Counted from the first letter of the stretch, positions 1 through 8,128 are shown. The stretch: DNA of 64,000 bases from Myxococcota bacterium (GCA_041687695.1 JAWLBL010000028.1:1-64000); one strand, 5' to 3'. Notes: generated from the letters alone by a model not told the origin. Translations and numbers: made by a program.

Positions 1-34
1 GAAGCCGGCGATCCCAGGCTGGGGCCGGCTGGAA

Positions 35-207
35 GAGGGTGTCGTGTTGATGCCGGCGGAGGCGGCCTTGGAGTGCTCCGGCTTGCCGGAGCCCCGGCCT
101 CGGCGGCTTGCCGCCGGGAGCTGGCCGCCAAACCCGGCGCAGCAAGCTGCGCCGGATGGGTGCTCCACCAAGGTGGAGCACTCCGGTTGGCCCTTCGCGA
201 CAGCCTC
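35..207. mobile_element. 173-bp MITE-like element with four internal 18-bp palindromes, inserted into a REP-like repeat
   Basis: Ends GAGGGTGTCG (35-44) and CGACAGCCTC (198-207) form imperfect inverted repeats, flanked by TGGAA at 30-34 and 208-212. Removing the element restores GCCGGCTGGAAGCCGGCGGGCCCAG. Palindromes at 75-92, 100-117, 136-153 and 162-179. Inverted homolog at 62227-62398. Confidence 0.75.
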
Positions 208-265
208 TGGAAGCCGGCGGGCCCAGGGGGGGCCGGCGCGCTCCCCGGGAGGCCCGGGGGGCGGG

Positions 266-1075
266 TCAGCGGACGTTGGTGGACTCGAAGATCTTGTCGG
301 CGCTCTGGGTGACGAAGCCGTCGAAGCGGCGGCCGGTCGCCGGGTCGGGGTAGCGGTAGGCGAACTCGTAGTAGCAGCTGGGGATCTCGCGCTGCACGCC
401 GCCGGCGAAGGTCCAGGGCACGCGGCTGGCGCGCGTCGAGGACTGCTCGAGCAGCTCGGCGGGGCCGCCCTTGATCTCGCCGCCCGCGGCGTTCAAGGCG
501 AAGCCGTGCTCCTTCAGGAAGGCGTTGACGGCGGCGATGGAGGTCAGGCGCCCGAGGCGGTTGACGTCGACCGTGAAGTGGTTGGCGCGCAGGCCGAAGG
601 CCGCGACCCAGGCGGCGTACTCGCTCTCGGCGAGCAGGCGCTCGTAGGTCTCGGCGTCGACCGCGGGCCAGGTGGGGGCCTCGGTCAGCAGGCGCTCGGG
701 CGGGAGGGTCGGGTCGACCCGGGCGGCCAGATCGCGGCAGACGCGCTGCAGGTCGGCGGAGAACTCGCCCGTCAGCAGCTCGCTGATGAAGACGCGCGGC
801 TGCTGGCCGCTGGGGTGACTGTACGACTTGGCGAGCAGCTTCTTGTCCTCGAACCGATACGTCCCGGTCTCGACGTAGCCGGCGTCGAGGAAGGGCTGGG
901 CCAGGCGGGGCAGGCGGATGGGGTCGAGGTCGAAGGTGCGGAAGGCCACGTGGTCGTTGTGGATGGACTCGCCCAGATCGCCCAGCAGCGCGTGGACGCG
1001 GTGGGCCTGCGGGGTGATGGCGACGTAGGCGTCCCAGAGCCTGGCGAAGAGATCTTCGAGCGAGGACGGAGCCAT
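266..1075 (-). CDS. DUF1338 family protein (2-oxoadipate dioxygenase/decarboxylase, HglS/YdcJ-like)
   Basis: 269 aa; motifs NDHVAFRTF, YAAWVAAFGLRANHFT, LLEQSST, CYYEFAYRY and FDGFVTQSADKIFEST are typical of DUF1338. Confidence 0.85.
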   Translation of the reverse strand: MAPSSLEDLFARLWDAYVAITPQAHRVHALLGDLGESIHNDHVAFRTFDLDPIRLPRLAQPFLDAGYVETGTYRFEDKKLLAKSYSHPSGQQPRVFISELLTGEFSADLQRVCRDLAARVDPTLPPERLLTEAPTWPAVDAETYERLLAESEYAAWVAAFGLRANHFTVDVNRLGRLTSIAAVNAFLKEHGFALNAAGGEIKGGPAELLEQSSTRASRVPWTFAGGVQREIPSCYYEFAYRYPDPATGRRFDGFVTQSADKIFESTNVR

Positions 1076-1098
1076 GGGCGAGACCTTTGGGTGGAGGT

Positions 1099-1725
1099 TC
1101 AGGAGGCCGGCAGCAGGGCCGCGCGGACCGGCGAGGCGTCGGCGCCGGCGAGCTTGAGGGGCAGGGCGACGAGGGTATACAGGCCGGGCTCGACGTGCGA
1201 GAGGACCAGGCCCTCGAGGTTGGCCATGTCGTGGCGGGCCAGGGCCTGGTGGCTCTCGAGCAGCTTGTCGTCCATGGGGTCGACCGAGGGGGTGTCGATG
1301 CCGATGAGGCGGACGCCCATGGCGGCGGCCAGATCGACCAGCTCGGGCGAGAGGCTGGCGAAGTCGTCGTTCCAGCGGTCCGGGTCGGGGAAGGTGCCCG
1401 TCTTGAACAGGACCCGCGGGGCGGTCAGGCGCTCGCGCAGGTGCTGGGGGCGGATGCGCGCGCCGCGCGGGACGTCGACGGCGACCACCTGGCAGCGGCC
1501 GTAGTACAGGTCCAGCGAGCGGGCCTCGATGGACTCGCCGTCCTGCCGATAGTGGCTGGGGGCGTCGACGTGGGCGCCGACGTGCAGGGTGGTGGTCATG
1601 GCGCTGAGGGTCAGGTTGGCGCCCTGGGCCATGTCCAGCGCGACCTCGCGGCGGAAGGGCACGTCGCCCGGCCAGACGGCGATGGCGGGCGAGACGGTCG
1701 GCGAGATGTCGATGAGCAGCCCCAC
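1099..1725 (-). CDS. kynB: Kynurenine formamidase (cyclase family metal hydrolase)
   Basis: 208 aa; VWPGD, HVGAHVDAPSH (HxGxHxDxPxH), GIDTPSVD and ADASPVRA; GTG start preceded by AGGAGG. Confidence 0.85.
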   Translation of the reverse strand: MGLLIDISPTVSPAIAVWPGDVPFRREVALDMAQGANLTLSAMTTTLHVGAHVDAPSHYRQDGESIEARSLDLYYGRCQVVAVDVPRGARIRPQHLRERLTAPRVLFKTGTFPDPDRWNDDFASLSPELVDLAAAMGVRLIGIDTPSVDPMDDKLLESHQALARHDMANLEGLVLSHVEPGLYTLVALPLKLAGADASPVRAALLPAS

Positions 1726-1747
1726 GCGTCCTCCTGACGGTCGGCGC

Positions 1748-3166
1748 CTACTTGGGCGCGACGGCGATGACCTTGAGCTCGACCGCGATGGGGGTGGGCA
1801 GGGCCGTGACGGCCAGCGTGGTGCGCGTGGCCTGGATGCCCGAGAAGTGCTCGGCGTAGACGGCGTTGTAGGCGGCGAAGTCGCGATCCATGTCGACCAG
1901 GAAGGCGGTGACGTCGATGACGTCCTCGAGGCGGGCGCCGGCGGCCTGGAGGATGGCCTTGACGTTCTCGATGGTGGCCCGGGTCTGGGCGGCGGCGTCG
2001 TAGTCGCGCGGGGCGCCGCCCGGGTCGCGGATGGGGCCGCCCGGGATGGCGTTGGTGCCGGCCTGGCGGGGGCCGACGCCCGACAGGTACAGCAGATCGC
2101 CGACGCGGCGGGCGTGCGGGTAGGCGCCGACCGGGGCGGGGGCGCCGGCCGCCATGACGGGGGCGCTGGTCGCGGGCGCGGGCTTGGGAGGCGGGGAGGG
2201 CGCGGCCGGGGTCGGCTGGGGCGCCGGGCCTTCGCCGGCCACCGGGGTCAGCACGCTGCGGTCGCCTCGGAAGACCTCGACGTCCTCCTCGTCGAACTCC
2301 TTGGCGGCGGCGGCCTTGGCGGCCGGCTTCAGCGCGACGACGGCGGCGCCGGTGCCGCAGATGGGGCCGTAGGCCAGGACGTCGCCCTCGTAGCGGTTGT
2401 GCTGGCCCATCACGGCGCCCAGCCACCAGATGGCCTTGAGCTTCTGGTCGGCGTGGGCCTGGCGGCTGAAGTCGCGGGCCAGCTGCGAGACGTCTTCCAG
2501 GCGGCCCTGGCCCAGGAACTCGAGCAGCTTTCGGTTCCACTCGTCGTCCTGCAGCGAGGACAGGCGGTCAGCGGCCGGGTCGATGGGCTCGGGGAAGACG
2601 CGGTTGGACAGCGAGGTGACGGCGACGGCGACGGCGCGCTTGCCGGTGGCCTGCAGGGCGTCGGCGGCGGCCTTGCCCAGGACCAGGGTCTCGGCGCGGT
2701 CGGCGTACATGTTGCAGCTGACGACGCAGGCGGGCAGGCGGCCCTCGGGGTCGAGCAGCTTCAGGGCGACGATGGTGCCGGTGTCGATGGGGAAGCCGCG
2801 ATAGGCGACGGTGCGGGCGTGCAGGCCGCGGGCGGTAGCGGCCTGCTGGTAGGCGTCGGCGAAGGCCGCGTCCATGCGGAACGCGTAGGGGATGGCGCCG
2901 AGGTCGTGCCACTCCTGGTCGACGTGGACCCACTCGGGGTTCGGATCGGCCTGGATCTGGTGGCCGATGACGCTGAGCCACTGGGTGCTGTAGAGCAGGA
3001 GCAGGTCGGCGTCGGCCTGTCGGACGCGCTGGGCGGCGACGGCGAAGGCGTCGCGCAGGGCGGCCCAGTGGGGCGAGCGGTCGGCGGCCAGCAGCGGGTG
3101 GGGCTTGCCGGGGACGATGAGGCCCAGCGGCAGGCCGGCGGGGCGTGCAGGGGTGGGCGAGGTCAT
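1748..3166 (-). CDS. 2-aminophenol 1,6-dioxygenase alpha subunit (AmnA-like) fused to a C-terminal RidA-family (2-aminomuconate deaminase-like) domain
   Basis: Start re-called at ATG 3166, overlapping the upstream TGA (ATGA). N-terminal LYSTQW, HVDQEW, GFPIDTGTI and DDEWNRK match AmnA; a Pro/Ala linker follows; C-terminal GAYPHARRVGDLLYLSG...RTTLAVTALP..IAVELKVIA is RidA/YjgF. Confidence 0.88.
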   Translation of the reverse strand: MTSPTPARPAGLPLGLIVPGKPHPLLAADRSPHWAALRDAFAVAAQRVRQADADLLLLYSTQWLSVIGHQIQADPNPEWVHVDQEWHDLGAIPYAFRMDAAFADAYQQAATARGLHARTVAYRGFPIDTGTIVALKLLDPEGRLPACVVSCNMYADRAETLVLGKAAADALQATGKRAVAVAVTSLSNRVFPEPIDPAADRLSSLQDDEWNRKLLEFLGQGRLEDVSQLARDFSRQAHADQKLKAIWWLGAVMGQHNRYEGDVLAYGPICGTGAAVVALKPAAKAAAAKEFDEEDVEVFRGDRSVLTPVAGEGPAPQPTPAAPSPPPKPAPATSAPVMAAGAPAPVGAYPHARRVGDLLYLSGVGPRQAGTNAIPGGPIRDPGGAPRDYDAAAQTRATIENVKAILQAAGARLEDVIDVTAFLVDMDRDFAAYNAVYAEHFSGIQATRTTLAVTALPTPIAVELKVIAVAPK

Positions 3167-4086
3167 GGGCGGGCCTCGTGGGGCGAGGTGGCGGGCGCGG
3201 CGCGGCGCGGATCCCACTCGACGACGGCGTTGCCGGTGCCGATGACGGTGCCGTAGGCGTGGACCTCGGCCGGGTAGCCGGGGAGCCCCAGGGCGCCCAG
3301 CAGCCAGGTCAGCGAGCCTTCCTTGCACTCGCTGGTCGCCTGCTCGATGAAGTCGGGCATGAGGCCCAGCAGCTGGCGGGTCTGGCCGCGGCGCATGAGG
3401 TCGAGCACGCGCATGTCCCACAGGTACTGCCCGTGGTGGTAGATGTGCTCGTGGGTCATGTCTTCGGGGATGGCGGGCTCGACCGTGAAGTGGCGGTGGC
3501 TCAGCGAGTTGCTGGCGGCGAGCACCGCGCGGCGGCCGCTGGCCTCGATGGCGCGGCGGGTCGCCTCTCCCAGGGCCAGCATCTGCGCCTCGCCGACCTC
3601 GTTGGAGAAGTCGTAGTAGGCCGAGTTGCTGGAGATGACGACGATGGGCTTGTCCCACTGTGGGCGCAGCATGTGGCAGGCGATGATGGCGCCGTAGTCC
3701 ACCCGGAAGTGCGGGTTGCGCATCAGCTGGGTGGTCAGGCCCGCCTCGGTCGCCTGGGCGGCGATGGCCTCGGCCAGCGGGACGTCCACGCGCAGGTCGT
3801 AGTGGTAGCGGAACAGGTTGGGGAAGATGGGGTCGACCGACAGGCCCTGGAAGCGCTCGACGCCCAGCAGGTGGTGGCCGACGCGGGTCTTCCAGTGGGG
3901 CGAGTGGACGACGATGACGTCGAAGTCGCGGTCCGACAGGGAGCGGCGGGCGCGCTCGTAACCCCAGCGCAGCTCCTCCCAGCCGCACTCGGCGCGCGGC
4001 TCGTTCTGCGGCGGGTTGTCGGCGTAGACCAGGTGCGGCGGGTGCGGGGCCAGAAAGCCCGCGACGATGGAGCCGGGGGTGCTCAC
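3163..4086 (-). CDS. amnB: 2-aminophenol 1,6-dioxygenase beta (catalytic) subunit, LigB-type extradiol dioxygenase
   Basis: GTG start at 4086 overlapping the upstream TGA. AGFLAPHPPHLVY.DNPPQNEPR, VHSPHW, SVDPIFPN.FRY, LSHRHF and YGTVIGTGNAV match AmnB/CnbCb closely as I recall them. Confidence 0.92.
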   Translation of the reverse strand: MSTPGSIVAGFLAPHPPHLVYADNPPQNEPRAECGWEELRWGYERARRSLSDRDFDVIVVHSPHWKTRVGHHLLGVERFQGLSVDPIFPNLFRYHYDLRVDVPLAEAIAAQATEAGLTTQLMRNPHFRVDYGAIIACHMLRPQWDKPIVVISSNSAYYDFSNEVGEAQMLALGEATRRAIEASGRRAVLAASNSLSHRHFTVEPAIPEDMTHEHIYHHGQYLWDMRVLDLMRRGQTRQLLGLMPDFIEQATSECKEGSLTWLLGALGLPGYPAEVHAYGTVIGTGNAVVEWDPRRAAPATSPHEARP

Positions 4087-5546
4087 GGCGCGCCTCCCAG
4101 GTGGATGCAGATGTTCTGGGGTTCGCTGAAGAACTCGAGGGACCAGCGGCCGCCCTCGCGGCCGACGCCGCTGTCCTTCACGCCGCCGAAGGGGACGCGC
4201 AGATCGCGCATCAGCCAGGTGTTGACCCAGACCATCCCGACGTCCAGGCGCGCCGAGAAGCGGTGGGCGCGCTGGAGATCGCGGGTCCAGACCGAGGCGC
4301 TGAGGCCGTACTGGACGCCGTTGGCGATGGCCAAGGCCTCGGCCTCGGTGTCGAAAGGGTGGACGGTGGCGACCGGGCCGAAGATCTCTTCGGTGGAGGT
4401 GCGGCAGGTGGGGGACAGGCCGGTGATCAGCGTCGGCGCCAGGAAGGCGCCGCGGTCGAAGGGGGCGGGCAGGTCGGGGCGGCGGCCGCCGGTGACCAGG
4501 GTGCCGCCCTCGTGCCGGGCCAGCGCCACGTAGCCCTCGACCTTGTCGCGGTGGGCCTGCGAGACCAGGGCGCCCAGCTGGGTGGCCGGGTCGGCGGGGT
4601 CGCCCAGACGCATGGCCTCGGCGCGCTGGGCCAGGGCGTCGACGAAGCGGTCGTGGAGGGAGCGCTCGACCAGGATGCGCGAGCCGCACAGGCAGATCTG
4701 GCCCTGGTTGGTGAAGGCGGCACGGGCGGCGCCGTCCACGGCGGCGTCGAGGTCGGCGTCGGCGAAGACGACGGTCGCGTTCTTGCCGCCCAGCTCGAGG
4801 CTGAGCTTCTTGAAGCTGGCGGCGGCGGTCGCGGCGACGTGGCGGCCGGTGGCGGTGCCGCCGGTGAACGAGATGGCGGACACGTCGGGGTGGGCGACCA
4901 GGGCCTGGCCGGCCTCGGGGCCGTAGCCGTGGACGACGTTGAAGACGCCGGGCGGGGCGCCGGCCTCGGCCAGGATCTCGGCCAGGGCGCTGGCGGTCTG
5001 CGGGGTCAGCTCGCTGGGCTTGGCGACGACCGTGTTGCCCATGGCCAGGGCGGGCGCGGCCTTCCAGCTGAGGAGGTACAGCGGCAGGTTCCAGGGGGTG
5101 ACGAGGCCGACCACGCCCAGCGGGCGGCGCACCGTGTAGTTGAGCGCCTGCGCCATCGGGTGGCAGGGCGTCTCGTCGTGGCGGGCGGCGCCGGCGAAGA
5201 AGCGGAAGTTGGCGACCGCGCGCGGGATGTCGATGGTGCGGGCGAGGCCGACGGGCTTGCCGGTGTCCTGGGACTCGAGCGCGGCCAGCTCGTCCAGGCG
5301 CGCCTCGAGGCGGTCGGCCACGGCGTCGAGCAGATCGGCGCGCTCGGCGGCGCTGGTGCGGCCCCAGGCGCCCTCCCTGGCCTGTCGGGCGGCGGCGACC
5401 GCCGCGTCGACGTCGGGCGCGGTGCCCCGGGCGATGCGGGCGACCACCTGCCCGGTCGCCGGGTACACGTCGTCGATGCGCTCGCCGCCGGCCGGCGCCA
5501 CCGCGCGCCCGCCGATGAAGTGGTCCAGGACGCGAGGGTCGCTCAT
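4083..5546 (-). CDS. amnC: 2-aminomuconate (2-hydroxymuconate) semialdehyde dehydrogenase, ALDH8A1/AmnC-like
   Basis: 487 aa ALDH; DIPRAVANFRFF, PWNLPLYLLSWK, LELGGKN, NQGQICLCGSR, EEIFGPV and RDLRVPFGG; gene context supports the call. Confidence 0.88.
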   Translation of the reverse strand: MSDPRVLDHFIGGRAVAPAGGERIDDVYPATGQVVARIARGTAPDVDAAVAAARQAREGAWGRTSAAERADLLDAVADRLEARLDELAALESQDTGKPVGLARTIDIPRAVANFRFFAGAARHDETPCHPMAQALNYTVRRPLGVVGLVTPWNLPLYLLSWKAAPALAMGNTVVAKPSELTPQTASALAEILAEAGAPPGVFNVVHGYGPEAGQALVAHPDVSAISFTGGTATGRHVAATAAASFKKLSLELGGKNATVVFADADLDAAVDGAARAAFTNQGQICLCGSRILVERSLHDRFVDALAQRAEAMRLGDPADPATQLGALVSQAHRDKVEGYVALARHEGGTLVTGGRRPDLPAPFDRGAFLAPTLITGLSPTCRTSTEEIFGPVATVHPFDTEAEALAIANGVQYGLSASVWTRDLQRAHRFSARLDVGMVWVNTWLMRDLRVPFGGVKDSGVGREGGRWSLEFFSEPQNICIHLGGAP

Positions 5547-6709
5547 GCCTCGTCTCCCGCGGGCCAGCCGCCGCCCAGGCCCGCCGAGGCCGGCCGCATG
5601 TCCCCGCCCAGGCCGGGCAGGCTGAAGCGGTCACGGTTGGGGTCGAAGTCGTCCCAGGTCGGGACCTCTTCCAGCCGCGCCAGATACCGCTCGGGCACCA
5701 GGCCCGGCACCAGGAAGGCCTTCTGCCGGTGCAGCGGGTAGGGGTTGCGCAGCTCGAAGCCCAGGACGCCCAGCACCGCGCGCGCCACGTACCAGGTCGC
5801 CTGCGGGTTCCAGCCGTGCGCGATCTTGATGACCACGCCCAGCCCGTCCGGGAAGTCGTCGTGGACGATGGCCAGGCCCAGCAGGCCGTCCGCGCCCTCC
5901 TTGGCGACCACGGCGCCGCCGCACGCCTTGAGGATGCTGCTGTCGAGGCGGTTGAAGCCGCCGACCAGGTCCGGGTGGCGGGTCATCGCCTCCCAGATCC
6001 AGTCCTCGTCCCGGTGCCGCGCCAGATCGGCGAAGGTCATCGCCAGCTCGCCGACGGTGTTCGAGACCGTGGGCAGGTTGCACCCGTCGCGCGCGACCCG
6101 CAGCGGCCGCCAGTCGGCGCCCAGCGAGCGCCGCAGCACGCCCAGGTAGGCCTCGAAGAAGGGATGGTCGGGCAGGGTGTAGCCGGCGCGGGGCCAGCCC
6201 ATCAGGCGCGACCCCAGCAGGATCGCCGCGTGCTCGCCCGAGCAGCAGTGATACCAGCGCCGCGGCCGCCGCACCTGCCGCCCGAACTGCACCAGCGGCA
6301 CGTCCAGCGGGGTCTGCATCAGGCCCCACTCGTCCTCGCGCAAGAGCGACTGGGCCGCCGCGACGTGCTCGACGTCGCCGTTGTGGCTCGACACGGCGAT
6401 GGCCCGCTGCGGCCACGACGTCGCCGCCTCCAGCGCCTTCGCAAGCGGCTTCATCATCAGCGGCTTCATCATGCTGCGCCCGTAACACAGCACGTTGCCG
6501 CCGAAGCTGTGCACGATGCGCCCGCCGCTGGCCCAGGCCACCGCCCCGTGCACCGTGGTCTCGCTGACGCCGTGCCGCCGGTAGTCGACCAGCGGCTCCC
6601 ACTCGACGTCGCGCCCGGTCGGGATGCGCGCGTCCTGCTCGCCCAGCGGGCTGGTCGGGTACAGCGCGTCGCCCGGCCTGTCGCCGCGCCCCGACCGCGT
6701 CGGGCTCAT
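5543..6709 (-). CDS. L-asparaginase II (Rhizobium etli AnsA/ReAV, class 3) family hydrolase, variant active site
   Basis: Start re-called at ATG 6709 (ATGA overlap). Motifs RSMMKP, SSHNGDVEH, HCCSGEH, RDGCNLPT and AKEGADG correspond to class 3 RSxxKP, SHxG, NCSGKH, DGC and KxGAxG. Confidence 0.8.
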   Translation of the reverse strand: MSPTRSGRGDRPGDALYPTSPLGEQDARIPTGRDVEWEPLVDYRRHGVSETTVHGAVAWASGGRIVHSFGGNVLCYGRSMMKPLMMKPLAKALEAATSWPQRAIAVSSHNGDVEHVAAAQSLLREDEWGLMQTPLDVPLVQFGRQVRRPRRWYHCCSGEHAAILLGSRLMGWPRAGYTLPDHPFFEAYLGVLRRSLGADWRPLRVARDGCNLPTVSNTVGELAMTFADLARHRDEDWIWEAMTRHPDLVGGFNRLDSSILKACGGAVVAKEGADGLLGLAIVHDDFPDGLGVVIKIAHGWNPQATWYVARAVLGVLGFELRNPYPLHRQKAFLVPGLVPERYLARLEEVPTWDDFDPNRDRFSLPGLGGDMRPASAGLGGGWPAGDEA

Positions 6710-7932
6710 CGGGCCAGCCTCTCGGCCACGCGCGGCGCCACCTCGCGCTGGAAGGCCTCCATGTCGGCGACGACCCGCGCCGAGTCGTGGTTGAAGAAGT
6801 CGAACCACAGCATCAGCCGGTCGTCCGGGTGGAAGCGCTCGACCATCTGCTGGGCGACCTCCTCGGCGTCGCCGACGAGGGCGTTGTCGGCGGCCCTGTC
6901 GACCTTGTTCGGGTCCAGCGTCCCCTCGAGCGCCCGCCAGTAGGCGCCCAGCGCCCGCCGCGCCTCCTCGCGCGCCCGGGCGCGGCGCTGCTCGCGGCTG
7001 AGCCCCGGCTGCTCGTTCAGGAACACGAAGGTCGTCCGCGGCATGTAGGCCCGCTGCCAGGGCCCGCCGTCCGGGTGGTAGGCCCGCGCCATGCGCGCGT
7101 GGGTGTCCTCGATGACCTCGGGGCGCGTGATGGACAGGTTGAAGACCTGCACCGGCAGGATGCGGTTGACGCGCTCCTGCAGCTCCGGGTCGTGCGAGCC
7201 GATGACCGGCTGCACCAGCTCGCGCCGCCACTGGCTAGGGACGATCTTCAGGCGGTCGAACTGCCACCGCGGGCGCAGCGTGACCACCTCGTCGGTCGTG
7301 CCCGCCGCGTCCTGCACGGCGCGCCAGTGGTCGTCGGAGCGGAAGTCCGCCCGCGTGGCCGTCCGCGGCGCCAGATCCGACGAGGCCAGCTCGTCGCCGC
7401 GCAACAGGCGCAGGAAGATCTCGGCGGCCTCGTCGAAGGTCTTGCCCTTCATCACCGGGCCCAGGGCCCGCTCGACCGCGTCGCGCGGCACGATGCCCGA
7501 GGCGCGGTTCATGAAGTCGAAGCGCCCGGCCGCGAAGCCGACGTGCAGCCGCCGCGTCTCGGCGGGGTCGAGGCCGTGCAGGGCCGCGCAGGCCGCCACG
7601 CGCTCGGCGTGCGCCACCGGGCCGCCCATGCACAGGATGTTCATCACGGCCGAGCCGACCTCGAGCCGCCGGGTGCGCCGCAGCACGTTCCCGGCCAGCT
7701 GCACGAAGTCGACGTTCAGCCCGACCTCGCCCTCCCAGTGCGGGATGACCGGCTCGGGGCCGCGCTTTTGCACCTCGCTCGACAGGTGCGACTCGGCGAT
7801 CCACGCCGTCCCGTAGCCCAGCTGGTCCGCCGCTTCGACCTGCTCGAAGAAGTTGCGGAACATCTCGGCTTCGCTCGGCAGGTACCCGTCCACCGGCGTC
7901 TGGCTGATGGAGAAGAAGATGTCGTACTGCAT
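6706..7932 (-). CDS. LLM-class (bacterial luciferase-like) flavin-dependent oxidoreductase/monooxygenase
   Basis: 408 aa; AADQLGYGTAWIAESH, TRRLEVGSAVMN, AERVA..AL, RLHVGFAAGRF and LVGDAEEV..Q; GGGAG RBS. Confidence 0.85.
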   Translation of the reverse strand: MQYDIFFSISQTPVDGYLPSEAEMFRNFFEQVEAADQLGYGTAWIAESHLSSEVQKRGPEPVIPHWEGEVGLNVDFVQLAGNVLRRTRRLEVGSAVMNILCMGGPVAHAERVAACAALHGLDPAETRRLHVGFAAGRFDFMNRASGIVPRDAVERALGPVMKGKTFDEAAEIFLRLLRGDELASSDLAPRTATRADFRSDDHWRAVQDAAGTTDEVVTLRPRWQFDRLKIVPSQWRRELVQPVIGSHDPELQERVNRILPVQVFNLSITRPEVIEDTHARMARAYHPDGGPWQRAYMPRTTFVFLNEQPGLSREQRRARAREEARRALGAYWRALEGTLDPNKVDRAADNALVGDAEEVAQQMVERFHPDDRLMLWFDFFNHDSARVVADMEAFQREVAPRVAERLAR

Positions 7933-8020
7933 GGCGGCTCCCGGAGGGCCTCTCCATAGCCCACCCGGGGCCCCGGCCGCAAACGCCCGGTGTCGGCGGG
8001 GCGGTGACCGGCGCCGCGCC

Positions 8021-8128
8021 TCACGGCAGCAGCCACAGCAGGCGCGTCCCCCGCACGACCAGCTCGAGATAGAGGTAACGAGCGGTCGTCAGGGCCTGGG
8101 CGAGCGGGGTCGAGGTCGGGCTGGGCAT
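8021..8128 (-). CDS. Putative 35-aa small protein (MPSPTSTPLAQALTTARYLYLELVVRGTRLLWLLP)
   Basis: ATG at 8128 with AAGGAG 7 nt upstream; nearly all codons end in G/C like neighbouring genes; directly downstream of a sigma54 consensus. Confidence 0.5.
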   Translation of the reverse strand: MPSPTSTPLAQALTTARYLYLELVVRGTRLLWLLP

